From Monocercomonoides exilis PA203 (lineage: Eukaryota > Protista > Preaxostyla): 64,000 bases of DNA. The position numbers were made by a program, and so were the translations under genes. The notes under the pieces were generated by a model. That model was not told the origin of the DNA and ran no database searches. It worked only from the letters and a program-made list of their open reading frames with translations. Of this stretch, positions 37,101 through 49,362 are shown one piece after another; position 1 is the stretch's first letter, and each line of letters starts with the position of its first letter. The stretch lies in assembly GCA_001643675.2 (NCBI GenBank), contig LSRY02000070.1, positions 62,001 through 126,000 on the forward strand, written 5' to 3'.

Positions 37101-39112
37101 GATGCGTGCAGGCTGTCAGGCTGCTGTCTATCATCGTTTGCGCCTGTGCTGGAGGCGTGCCAGCCTAACATCTTCATCGCGCTATTCCTGCGACAACAAG
37201 ACATGCTTGTTTCAACCGATAGACAAGTGTTTCTATCACCTTTATAGAACAGTGAAGCTGCGGAGACGGTGAAATGGCACCTGGGGCTGCTGAAGTCTGC
37301 GCTGTACGACCGCTGTGGGTGCTTTCGGGGCTGTCTGCAGGGACAGGGCTGAAGCTGTGCGTGAAGGCTGTATAGTCGGAGGTGGGGAAGAAAGAATGTG
37401 GTGAGCTTTGTTCCAAATGGTGTGGCTGCTGGTGAAGTTGGTGGGGATGCAGTGGAGGAGGAATGAGGTGGAAGTGACGAACTGCTTTGGGATGCTGCTG
37501 AGGGACAGACAGTGAGTGGTTTTGCTTCATGCGGGAATGACATGGCAGAGGGATGGAGAAGGGGGCGATTTCTTGCCATGCATCATCAGTATCTGCTTCT
37601 TCCGCACAACACAACCATGTTCTGAGTTGCAAAGAATTGACAATCAACAACTTGCAGCTGTTCTTTGAATGAGAATTTGATGTTATTGATCCTAATATTT
37701 TTCTGATGACATTTTCGTAGGAGCTGTCATCTCCTTTTCCTTTTTCATCCTCTTCTATCTCCTGTTTCTTGTCGCATTCATTTTCCATCAGAAAACTTCT
37801 GAAAGAAACAAATTTAAGTTAATACTGAGAATACAACTGTCTTCTTTCAACATATTTCTGAACAATACATTTGAAAAGAAGAAGTAGAAAAAGGAGAAGG
37901 CGAAAACGAAGAAGAAGAAGAAGAAGAAGAAGAAGACGACGACGAAGAAGTTGATGATAGAGGAATCTGTTTGTTTTCTTCTTGTTGAATAGGAACAGAA
38001 ACACAGCTGCTTGGATGCTCAAAATGAGGCTGACTCCCAACATTCAATGCATATAAAGCAGAAGATGGTGAAGATGGTGTAGAAGGAGAAGAAGAAGACG
38101 GAGAAGAAACCACATTATTCGTTAAAATGTTGCTTGAAATGGATGTTCCTGAGAATGACACTCGATAAAAAAAGGCTGTTGTCTGTGAGAAAAAAAAATT
38201 GTTAAAAAGGAATTCAAATAATTAGTTTTGCATTGATTCAAAAAATTCTTCAAAAGAACACGCATGCCTTCCCTATCGCAAATGCAGAAAATTGTCCAAT
38301 CACAAATGCTTCCATTCTCCTTTTCCATTGTTTCCCTGTGCTCCTTTCTCTATCATCCTTTTTTCCCCATAAATATCCTGCTTTCGATGTTTTCATCCAC
38401 TTTCTTTTTCAAAATAAACCATCTCTTCATTTTTTCTTTCCAAGAGCCGTCCAATTGTTTGCATTCTTCTTTTTTTTCCTCTCATCCAAATGCTTTGAAA
38501 TCAAATTTGTTTTCAGCCACAGTTACAAATGAATACAAAAAATATACAATTTCCATCTGCTAATTGTCTCTTGGCACAGCTTTCTTCTGATGTTCCATTT
38601 GAAAAGCAAAAAATTGATCATTCATAGAATTTTTCAGATTCTTGCACTCTGAGAAAGCTACAGATGAAAGCATCTTCACGGTGAATAGAACAATAAAAAA
38701 TACAAACATCACAATTTTCAAATGCTATTTTGGAAAATGAATTTCCTTTAAAGCTACTTTTTTTAAAATCATCAATTCAATTCCATCGCCACTGTTTCGC
38801 TGTCACTGACCTTTTTGCAGAGAAAAATATTATTTTCTGTCCCGCAGAAAATGTTCATTTTCTCTCCTCCTATCCTGTCCACATGGTTTCATGGAAAAAA
38901 AGATAACTGAACGATCAAATTTGCCATATAATTTTTTTAAACACAATGAAAATTTTCGTTAAATCAATCGACTGCACGTTTTCAAATTCCAAAACAATCT
39001 CACAAGCAATTTTCATACAAATTTTTTAATTAAAAATAATAACCACAAAAAAATTACTCATAAAAGATCAACGATGCAACGATTTTATGATCTCATAAAA
39101 AATCACACATAT
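34106..39112. repeat. Inverted repeat pair (34106-34131 and 39087-39112, 25/26 identical) bracketing a ~5-kb segment
   Basis: atatgtgtgattttttatgggatcat vs reverse complement atatgtgtgattttttatgagatcat; weaker similarity continues inward. Confidence 0.7.
34900..38700 (-). pseudogene. Multiply frameshifted decayed gene with Ser-rich tracts
   Basis: Chain of minus-strand ORFs in alternating frames (37847..38161, 37174..37788, 37058..37579, 36273..37001, 35875..36138, 35409..35708, 34912..35301) with GC-richer coding-like composition. Confidence 0.6.
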
Positions 39113-39519
39113 ATGAAAACTTTGTCCAGTATACTTTGAGGTATTAGTTATCTTTGATCATAAAGATGAATATGTGACACATTTTTTGAATTTATGAGAA
39201 AAACAACAATTTGATTATAACTTTTTCTTTCATCATTTCATAACAAGTCTTTTCTAATCATGCAAAAAATCATTGAAAAACAAAAAAAAAAAATTTTTTA
39301 AAATATTAGAAAATTCCAGGTGACATGAAATTCATGGAAAAATCGTTATTATTCATATTGCTGATTTTTTTTGAAATATTGTTTTTTCATTCATCATTTT
39401 CGGTTCAAAAATTTCCCATAAACATTAATTAATGATCACTGAAAAGTGATAATGCTCAATAAAGGCATCTTCTTCACAATAAAGTTGAAACATTTATTTT
39501 TAAAACGGATGTGTGAGAA

Positions 39520-39643
39520 TATGACCATCTAAGCTTTTTATGCACAAAGCACATTTGAATAGTTTCACTCACAACTTCACTTATCTTTATCAGATTTCAG
39601 AAAAATAAGTTTTCTATATCAACAAACTGGCATCATAGATATG

Positions 39644-39674
<31 letters not shown>

Positions 39675-40270
39675 GAAAAGTTCCTTTTGTTTAATTCACA
39701 GGTGAAAATTATAATTAAATAAAAGGAACTTTTCAAAAGAATTTTGACATATCACAACACAATATTTTGTGACGTCACAAATGCAACAAAAAAAAAACTC
39801 ATTTTTCTTATTATTGATCACAAAAATTCATTAAAAAGTGCATAATTTATCAATGAAAAAGTTTGGAGTTTCATGCTTGTCCTCATATGTTACAAATATT
39901 GCATTTGAATTCAAAACCTCTTCACAATGACAAACGAAGTCTGGAAAATCTGCATCTCGAAAAAAGTTTTGATTTCAAAAATAATCACCCAAATGGGGGA
40001 AAATACGGACTTTCAAGCTTTTTATGCACAAAGCACAAAATACTTGCTTCACTCATAACTTTATATCGTTTTCTCAGATTTCATAATTATTTAGATTTTC
40101 ATATCTGAAAACAAACATCATTGATATAATAACAAAATGTTTTGTGAACTCACACGTAATTCAAATGTTGTTCTCATTTTCAATAAAATTTTGGTATCAC
40201 AAAAAGTTGATCAAAAGTGCATAATTTTTCAATGAAAAATTTTGAAGTCTCATATTCACCCCCAAATATC
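39520..40270 (+). repeat. Diverged tandem duplication of a ~380-bp non-coding unit
   Basis: aagctttttatgcacaaagcaca at 39531 and 40015 (offset 484); aaaagtgcataattt near 39834 and 40213 (offset 379). The offset difference is about the size of the hairpin insertion. Confidence 0.8.
39642..39749. mobile_element. 108-bp hairpin MITE-like insertion (TGTC...GACA) with TA (or ATAT) target-site duplication
   Basis: Outer gatatgtc/gacatatc, inner 26-bp arms (39671-39696 / 39713-39738, one mismatch), T29 tract; absent from the duplicate copy near 40120. Confidence 0.7.
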
Positions 40271-40584
40271 AAATGAAATGTGATCCGTGGTATTTTGTTT
40301 TTGTTTTATATTTCATTATTAAAAAAAAATTGTTCTCAATGCTTCAAAATATAAACATAATCATTCAAAAGTTTGTTTTTCATTTTCTGAGTTTATAAAT
40401 TAATTCCAATTATTCGAAATCCTCAAATACATGTATCAAAGGCTCACATATTGTTTATTCAATATTGTATTAATTTATCTTTTTTGTTTTTTTTTTTCGA
40501 AATCCAACTAGCCATAATAAAAAATTTCAAAAATAAAAAATAATTTTATTTAAGGTTTTCATTTGATCGCACTTTTTTTGGAAA

Positions 40585-41875
40585 ATGGATTCTCGCAGAG
40601 ATGAACTGATTGCAGAAATTAACGCAAATGCTTCTCTTTGCATTATGTGTGTAATTTTCTAAATAATATTCTTTATTCATGAACTTTTTATTTAAATTGC
40701 GTTTTAACACTTTTTTTATAAATGTTAAAGCTGCCAAGATCGTATTGATCCATCTGCTGAAATATGGAGTTGCTATCAATGCTTTCAATTTTTTCATCTA
40801 AAGTGCATTCAAAATTGGGCAATAACAAAAACTGATGCCCTTCAAGAATTAACAAATAACACTTCAAAGCAAACAGAATGGCCTTGCCCATGGTAGCTTC
40901 ATATATTTCATATTTATCATTATTTTACATATTTTATGTATCTAAATAGGTGTCATGCACCAATAAAATCAATTCCTTCACAGTATCACTGCTACTGCGG
41001 AAAAGTTAATAATCCTATTCGAAAAATTGGTGTTCTTCCACATTCCTGCGGTGGCACGTGTGGAAAAAAAAGGAAAGGCAATTGCCCCCATCCATGTCCT
41101 TTGAAATGCCATCCAGGTCCTTGCCCTCCATGCGGTGCTTTCCCAACTGGAGTTGTGTGCTGGTCACATCACAATCCCATTGCTATAAGATGTGGAGAGA
41201 CAAGTATGAATTTGGAAATTAAATAATTTTATAATTTGAATGCAACATCTTTTATCCCTTTTAACATATCGATTTTTATGATATTCAATAAAAAATCAAA
41301 GATCTTTCTTGTCATAAACCATGCCACAAACAGCTAAAATGCGGAAAGCACATATGTGAATTGGAATGCCACAATGGCCCATGCCCTCCTTGCCCCCACA
41401 AAGTGACTGTGAGCTGCTTCTGCGGGAAGCAGTCACGAATTGTTGGATGCGATAACGGGAACGGTTTGAAAAAAGAAAATGATGAATTCATTTTATTTTT
41501 TCAAAGAAAGAACTTAAAAAAAAAAAGAAAAGAAAAGAAAAAATAAAAAAAGAATATGCACATACGCATTCATTGAGTTCTTGTATACATTTGAAACCCT
41601 TTTATTTTCTCTTTAACTTTTCCTTTCCTTTCCTTTCATTTTTTTTTCATTTTTTTAATTTTTCTGTTTTCTATTTCTTTCTCAAATTTTCTATTGATTT
41701 TCCAACCGATTCAATTAAACAGCTGTATTTTCCTGTGGCAGCCCCTGTGGCCGGTTGCTCTCCTGCGGATACCACAGATGCACCCTCCCCTGTCATCCAC
41801 CTGCTCCTCATTCTTCTTCTTCTTCTTCTCCTCCTCCTTCTTCATCCAATTTCTATTCTTCTCCTTCCTCTTCCC

Positions 41876-41907
<32 letters not shown>

Positions 41908-42748
41908 ACCTCCTTCTCCCTCTGCCCTCCCTGCCCCCTCAGCCCTTCTGTCCTCAAGCGCTGTCCCTGTGGCAAGAAGACACTGGAATCACTTGGATGC
42001 ATCAGACACAGCTGCAGAGACCCAATCGCAGTGTGTGGGGGAACATGCGGGAAGAAGCTGGAGTGCGGGCATTGCTGCAAGGAGAAGTGCCATGAAGGTG
42101 TGTGTGTGTGTGTGTGGTTGAGTGAAGGAATGAGGGAATGAGGGAATGAGTGAGTGAGTGAGTAGGTGAGTGAGTGAGTGAGTGAATGATTGCTTGAATG
42201 AATGAATGAAGTTAGATAGAAAGTTAGATAGATAGATAGATAGATAGATAGAGAAAGAGAAGGGAGAAAGGAGGAGAAATAAATAAATAAATAACAGAAT
42301 ATTTGAATATGCTTTATTATTAGTATTTTTTTAAAAATCTTTTTCTTCATAAAATTCTTCGTATTTATATTTCTTATTTCTTCGTATTTATATTTGTTTT
42401 CTTTAACTTGCTCTTGCTTTTTCTCTTTTCCCTCTTTTATCCTTTTCCTTCTCCTTCTTCTCCTTCCTATTCCTCTTCTTCTTCTCCTCCTTCTTCATTC
42501 TTCATTCTTCTTCTTCTTCCACCAGGCCCCTGTCCCCCCTGCAATGAAGTGGTGCTCAGAAGGTGTCTGTGTGGATGCGAAGTGAAAGAAGACATCTGCT
42601 CTGCCCCTCCTTTCAGATGCACTAAAGTTTGATTGGTTTATTTATTTTATTTTATTTTATTTATTCATTCATTATTGATCATTTGTTTTGTTTATTTTGG
42701 ACTGTCTTTTTTTATTTTATTTTTATTTTTTTATTTTTTATTTATTTA

Positions 42749-42797
<49 letters not shown>

Positions 42798-45049
42798 TTA
42801 TTATTATTTCAATTTATTTTCATTTTTATTTTAATTTATTAACATTTTACTATATCCTATTCAACCCCATTCATTTCTATTTATTTCTATTCTTCATCCC
42901 AATATATATGTTCTATTCAATATTCCATTCTTTCCCTGTTTCTTTCCTTCTCTTCCCTCTCTTCTTCCTTCTCCTCCTTCTCCTCCTCCCCTTCCTCTTC
43001 TCCTCTTCTCCTCTCCTCTTCTCTCTCTTCTTCTCTCAGGTGTGCGACACTCTCCTCGACTGTGGCAAACACCGCTGCACTGTCAAATGCTGTGCGGCAT
43101 TCTCTCTCGACAACCCCCTTCCTCACTTCTCTTCCTTCTCTTCTCAATCTGCTTCTTCTTCTTCCTCTTCTCTTTCTTCCTCTTCTTCTTCTTCTCCTCC
43201 TTCTCTCCCCCCCTTCATCTCCCGCGCAACAGGCGACGAGCACCACTGCCTCCGCCTCTGCAACAAGCCCCTCCGCTGCGGCAAACACCGCTGCGAGCTC
43301 CTCTGCCACCCAGGAAGATGTCCCCCCTGCATCCACACTGTCTTCACCACATACATCTGCCCATGCAAACACACCGTTGTGGAACCTCCTCTGCCCTGTG
43401 GCTTCACTCCCCCCGTGTGCCATCACCCGTGCCACAGAAGAAGACCCTGTGGCCATCCTCCACAGCACCCGTGCCATTCAGATGAGAAACCTTGTCCTCC
43501 TTGTCTGGTGTTTGTGAGCAAAGAATGCTGCGGGAAACACGGGGTGATGATTAAAGTGCCTTGCTCTTCGCCTCCTGTGTCGTGTGGGTGTGTGTGTGGG
43601 AAGCTGCTTCCGTGTGGGATACACAGGTGTACGAGGCAGTGCCATGCGGGGGAGTGCTTGGAGAGGAGGGAGAAAGAGAATAAAAAGAAGGAGAAAAGCA
43701 AAGAGAAGAAGAAAATTCCTTCTTCTTCTTCTTCTTCTTCTTCTTCTGAGTGTGATAGGAGATCGCCTTCTCTTTCTCCTTCTCCTTCTCCCTCGCCTTA
43801 TTCTTCTTCTTCTTCTTCTTTTTCTTCCTCTTCTTTTGAGCACAGCATCTATTCTTGCGGGCAAATATGCAACAGAACCAGAAAGTTATGCGGACATCCT
43901 TGTAATCTTCCCTGCCACCCAATAAGACCATACAATTTATCATCATCTGCATCATCATCATCTTCTTCTTCCTCTTCCTCCTCTTCCTCCTCTTCTCCCT
44001 CCTCCTCCTCTTCTTCTTCTTCTCTTTCTCTCTCCCCAGACACCTTCTACCCTCCATGCCCTGAGTCTTCCCCTTGCCAGCACCCCATCGTCCTCACCTG
44101 CTCCTGCGGCGAAAGACGTGAAATTCGCCCTTGTTTAACCTCATCCTCTTCTCCCACTGCGTTTCAAAGACATCTTCCCTGCAATTTCTTGTGTAGAGAG
44201 AGGAAGAAACAGAACGAACTTATTCAGATGTTGGGGATAGGAGCAAGCGAGGTGTCTTCGTTGAGAATGGCTGAGGCAGTGTTAAACCCAAATGGGAATG
44301 GAAAGGGGAAAAACGCAGCTTATTTGATTTCTTCTTCTTCTTCTGCTTCTTCTTCTTTATCATCATCATCTTCTTCTCTTTCTTCTTCTTCCTCTTCCCC
44401 CTCTTCTCCCTCTTCTTCCCCCTCTTCTTCTTCCCTCCTCCTCTCCCTCCCTCGCTCCGCTGCCTCCATCGTCTCCACCCTCCCTCCCGCCGAATACCCT
44501 CCTCTCCTCCTCGAAAGCGCTCGTGCTTCTCCTTCTGTCGTGGGGAGAGCAGAATTCGAGCTGTTTCGATGGGCGCAGGAAATTGCAATGGAATGCTATA
44601 CATATTTTGTGCCCTTGTTGACGCCGTATTATTTGGGGCTGATGGAAGAGGAGGAAGGGGGAAGGTTTGTGAAGCAGGGGAGGATGGGGGAGAAAGAGGA
44701 GAGGAAGGGGAATGCTTCGGCGTCTTCTTCTTCTTCTTCTTCTTCTGCCTCTTCTTCTTCTTCTTCCCCTTCCCCTTCTTCTCCTTCTCCTTCATCGCCA
44801 TCTTCTTCTTCTTCTTCCTCTTCCTCTTCTTCCTCTCCCAATCTCCTTCTCCTCTCACACTTCTCCCCTTCTCTTTCTCTCCCTCCTCCTCCTCCTCCTC
44901 AGTTCCTCCACCTCGTCTTTCCCCCTTTCTCCCTCTCTGAAAGTTTCCGTCCAATCCGATTGACTCAGCTAATCCAGTCATTTTATCCGTATTTCACTAC
45001 TTCCTATGATCTTTCGCACATGGGGCATACGAAAGATTCATATTCTTCT

Positions 45050-45084
<35 letters not shown>

Positions 45085-47644
45085 TTCATTTGGTGGCAGT
45101 GGCAGCAGCAGTATTAATGATGGCTTCCGTGTGGCCGGGCGGAGAGGGAAAGGGAAAGCAGAGATGGAGAGGTTGAATAGAGAAATGCAAAACCCATCTC
45201 CAGAGGCGAAAGTGATACTGAGCGTGAAGCCGACGCTGCTGAAGAAGCTGAAGCTGTATCTGGTGGCTTTGATGAACAGGAGGAAAGAAGAGGAGATGGA
45301 TAGGAGAGAGAAAGAGAAGAAAGAGAAAGAGAAGGAGAAAGAGAAAGAAAATGCGCCTTTTTCTTTGACTGCTGCAACTTCTTCAACAGATTCTTCATCA
45401 CCTTCTTCCTCTTCCTCTTCCTCTTCTTCATCTTCTTCCACTTCTTCTCCATCCAAAACACCTCAGTCCCCCTCCAACACCTCCTTCTATCTCAACCTCC
45501 TCCCCTTCACTCCCTATGACATCCTCCGCTTCCTCATCCCTGCTGTGCCCTTGTCTGCTTTTGCCCACCCGCCAAACATCGCTCGCATCCATCCTTCGTT
45601 CACCACATTCGCCGATCTCTTCACGTTGAAGCGAGAATCAGGGGCAGCTCTTAGCACAGTGGTTAGTTCATCTTCAAGTGCAGAATCCAAGCCAAAGTTG
45701 AGCGCGGGTTCGAATCCTGCAGCCACCAATGCTGTTTTAAACCTTCCCATGCCAGTAACTGACAGCCTACCTCCATTGCATCCCTCTCTGTTTGTGCTGT
45801 TAACTGGATGTGCTCAGCTCACTGCGAATCATCTGAAGGCAGCTCTGTTGCCATTTGCAGGGCTGTGTATGATCAAGTGGATAGATGAAGATAGCTGTTA
45901 TGTGGTGTTTCATTCGCCGTGGCTGAGCTATGCAGCGGTGAGGCTGGTGGAGTGGAGCAAGTGGGGGAGAGGAGAGGAAGAAGAAGGGGATGAGGAAGGG
46001 GATGATGATGAGGAGGAGGAGAAAGAAAATGAAAAAGAAGAGGCAGATGATGAAGATAAAGAGATGAATGAAAAGAAAGGAGGAAAGAAAGCAGCAACAA
46101 AAAGAAGTGCAAAAGAGGAAGATGAAGAAGAGCAGAAAGGAGTAAAGGCACAATGGATTGGAGAGCCATTCTTTGATCCGGATGAATGGAGTGGAGGAGG
46201 AATGATTAGAGAATTGTGGGAGAAAGAGAAGAAAATGAAAGAAGAAGGAAGAGAAGAAGAAAAAGAAGGAGAAAGTAGAGAAGAAAAGAAGAAGAAGAAA
46301 ACAAAGAAGAGAAGTGAAATAAATGAACAACAAGAAAATGCAAATGATTTGATATTCTCGCTGTATTCAGACCATCCATTGTATCTGAACACATCGATGG
46401 AGGAGATGGCTGAGAAGATTGTTAGATTAACTTCTTCTTCATTTTCCTCTTCTTCCTCGTCTCTTTCATCTTCTTCCTCTATCTCTGCCCTCTTCCCCAA
46501 AAGCACAGATCTGCAGTGTGTTGTGTGGGAGAATGTGTTAGAAGGATGGGTGCTGCCTGTGGATGAGGCAGCGAACGATGGGAAAGGAGGAGCGATTTCG
46601 AAGGCGTTCCAGAAGGAAGGGAGGAGGAGGATGTTTGAAGAGAAGAAGAGGAGGAAGAGGGAAAGGGAAAAGGAGAGGAAGGAGAAGAGGGAGAAGAAGG
46701 AGAAGGAGAAGGAGGAGCAGAGAAAAGCTAGAAAAGAGAATGAGAAGAAAAAGAAGGAGGAGGAAGGAGGTAAAGAGGAAGTAGAAGGTGAGGAGGAGGA
46801 AGAGGAAGAGGAAGAAGAAGAAGAAGTGCAACATTTGAATTTCTTTGATGAGATTGAGTTTAAATGGCGAGAATTTCCATTTTCTGCCTCATCCTTCACG
46901 CCAAAGAAACCAAAAGGAATAAAAACCTCTTCTTCTTCTTCTTCTTCAAATCAGCAGAAGCAAGCAAATGCTTCCTCGTCCAATGGAAAAGGGAAGAGGA
47001 AGAAAGGAGAGGTGATGGATCCGACAGCCACTGAGATGTTCTCTAATGAATACAGTTTGCTCACCCGAAGGACAAAAATAGATGGGCCGACTCCATTGGA
47101 GTCGTTGTCTTCTTCTTCTTCTTCTAATTCCTCTTCCTCTTCCTCTTCTTCTTCTTCTGCTTTTGATTCTTCCTCAAAGAAGGGGAAAGCAGAAGTTGGG
47201 GCAGGAGCAGGTAAGAAAAGCAGAAGGAGCGAAGAGGATGTTGCGATGAGGCTGGCGTTGGAGGCAGAGGAAGGGAAGATGATGGGAATGCTAATCAATC
47301 AGCAGAAAGGGGAGGAGATGGATCGATTGAGAGAAGAACTGAAGAAGGAGGAGAAAGAAGAGGAGAGGAGAGAGAGAGAAGAAGAGAGAAGGGCGAAAGA
47401 GGAAGAGGCTGAGCGGCTGAAGAAGCAGAAGCTGAGGAAGAAGCAGGCGAAGAAGCGAGCGAAGGAGAAGAAGGAGGCGAAGGAGAAGGCGAACAAGGAG
47501 AGGATTCTGAATGAGAAGAAGAGGAAAGAAAGGCTCCAGGAGGAGTTTGGCGAGAGAGATAAAGTGCAGTCTATTGATGAGACGTCGAAGACAAGCACAG
47601 AAGGGAAGGCGTGGGCTGGTGTTAGTCTGAAGTATCTGATGTGA
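40585..47644 (+). CDS. NFX1: NF-X1-type zinc-finger protein (NFX1/NFXL1/FAP1/shuttle craft family), ~1,906 aa; join(40585..40646,40731..40892,40950..41203,41302..41463,41723..42097,42526..42626,43040..47644)
   Basis: N-terminal RING/PHD (CIIC..WSC..C..FHLKCIQNWA..WPCPWC), many CGxHxCxxxCHxGxCPPC fingers, RRM-like IKWIDEDSCYVVF, coiled-coil tail. Six GT-AG introns keep the frame. NFX1 versus NFXL1 is not resolved. Confidence 0.9.
42098..42295 (+). repeat. Compound intronic microsatellite (GT)n-(GAGT)n-(GAAT)n-(GATA)n-(AAAT)n
   Basis: Seen directly at the 5' end of NFX1 intron 5. Confidence 0.9.
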
Positions 47645-49362
47645 AGGCTTGATGGATTGAAAATTGAATGAGCTGATAACCGGAGAATTAGATAGGCTGA
47701 TTGAAGAATCAGAGATTTTATTGCTTGAATGCATAAAATCTGTGTGAAGTTTTTCTTTTTCTTTTTCTTTTTCTTTCCTTTTTTTTTGGTTGTATTTATT
47801 TTTTATTTCAATTTTATCCTTCTTTCATTTGAATATTTGCACTGTTATGTGAAACAGATGTTTCCAACGAGCATCTTTAGCAAAGAAAAAAACAAAAAAA
47901 AAATGACAAAAAAAGGATGAATACCTTATAAAATCCAGTTGTTATTAGCTGCTGAATGCGAGCAAGCCATTTGAAAGAGAGGCAATTCCTGTGCTTGCTG
48001 CTGCCAATGAAGAATCTCTCTTAAACAATGCTCACCACATTCGACAAAAGACAAATCTGGGTTAATTTTTTTGCATGGATTTGTAGCAGTTATTAATATA
48101 TTAATATAAACATATTATTGTCTCTATTCACTTCAATGAGCACTAAAGATAAATAGCGCTGACTTCACAAAATTCAATTTGTTCACTTCATGTTTTTTTT
48201 TTTTCACCTTTGCTCAATAAGTTTGTTGAAAGTTGCTCTTATTCATGCATATTTCATTTTGTGTAAAATAAAAGTGATACACACTTATTTTTGCAAATAA
48301 ATGCAATGAAAATAACAAATTTGTTTGCGAGGTGAAATTCAAAATTTTTGCATTTATGAAAAAAAACTCTAATATGATCCAATTTATTTCTCCATCGTAT
48401 CATTAAACGTCCAACACTCCCAGGCATAATAATGAAGAAAAATTCAAAAAAAGAGAAAAATATCAGAAAATATTGAGTGGAACAAAATTCATAAAGCATT
48501 AAATTATATACCATTTGATTTTGAAAAAAATGGAAACTCTCCCATCATAAATTCGTTTTCATTTGATCATTATTTTCTGATAAAATTCACCATAAACTGG
48601 CTTGCAGCGGAATTTACGACATGAAAAAAAAAAGCATACAAGTTAAATTTATAAGATCTTAATGAATTGCATCCTCAAAAAAAGAGATTTAATTGTTCTT
48701 TAGTGAGTTCGCATTATTTGCATTCCAATGAAGATTTTGATGGAAATAAAAGGAGTTAATGTTTTTGGTGGAATGTATTTCATACAAATAATTCTGAACA
48801 ACTTTTTACCAACAGATTTCTTGGATTTCAAAGTAATACAAAAATGCAACAACATGTGAAAAAAATTATTCAGATGGCATTTGCTTTCAAGCAATTATTC
48901 ACCTTAAACAGCAGAGCTACTATCACATTCATAACAAATCATATGAAAATGATGGAGCATACTGACAACTCAAACATTCAATAGACTATCGTACGAAAAG
49001 AATAATCAAAAAATGAAAACAGTTTTTAACCCATATTCAAATTGCTCGAAGAACCTATTGAACTTGTTTATTGAACGCATTTCCAAAAGGAGCAAACAAT
49101 TTTTTTTCAATAACAACGAAAAGCCACAATATGAAGGTGAAATCAAAGAATATCAATTTTTTCCTGAAACCGATCAAGTGCTGACAAATGTCCGCTGCTT
49201 CAATGAGGCGATTTCCTCAATATTTGTACATCAGAGCATCCGTTTGAAGAATTCAAGCGAAGAGATAGAAAGACAAAGACAAGACTATTGATATCGCAAT
49301 CCTTTTTCACAAATACAACCGGATATGGGAGATCGAAAAAACAAAATGATTATAATACATTT

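Noticed and set aside
42629-43039. Hydrophobic multi-TM N-terminus of the 1,671-aa ORF (likewise 11298-11501)
   Set aside because: Translation of T-rich introns; splicing joins these exons to upstream ones.
49013-49291. 92-aa ORF convergent with receptor 2
   Set aside because: No recognisable motif or splice support; cannot be told from chance or a decayed fragment.
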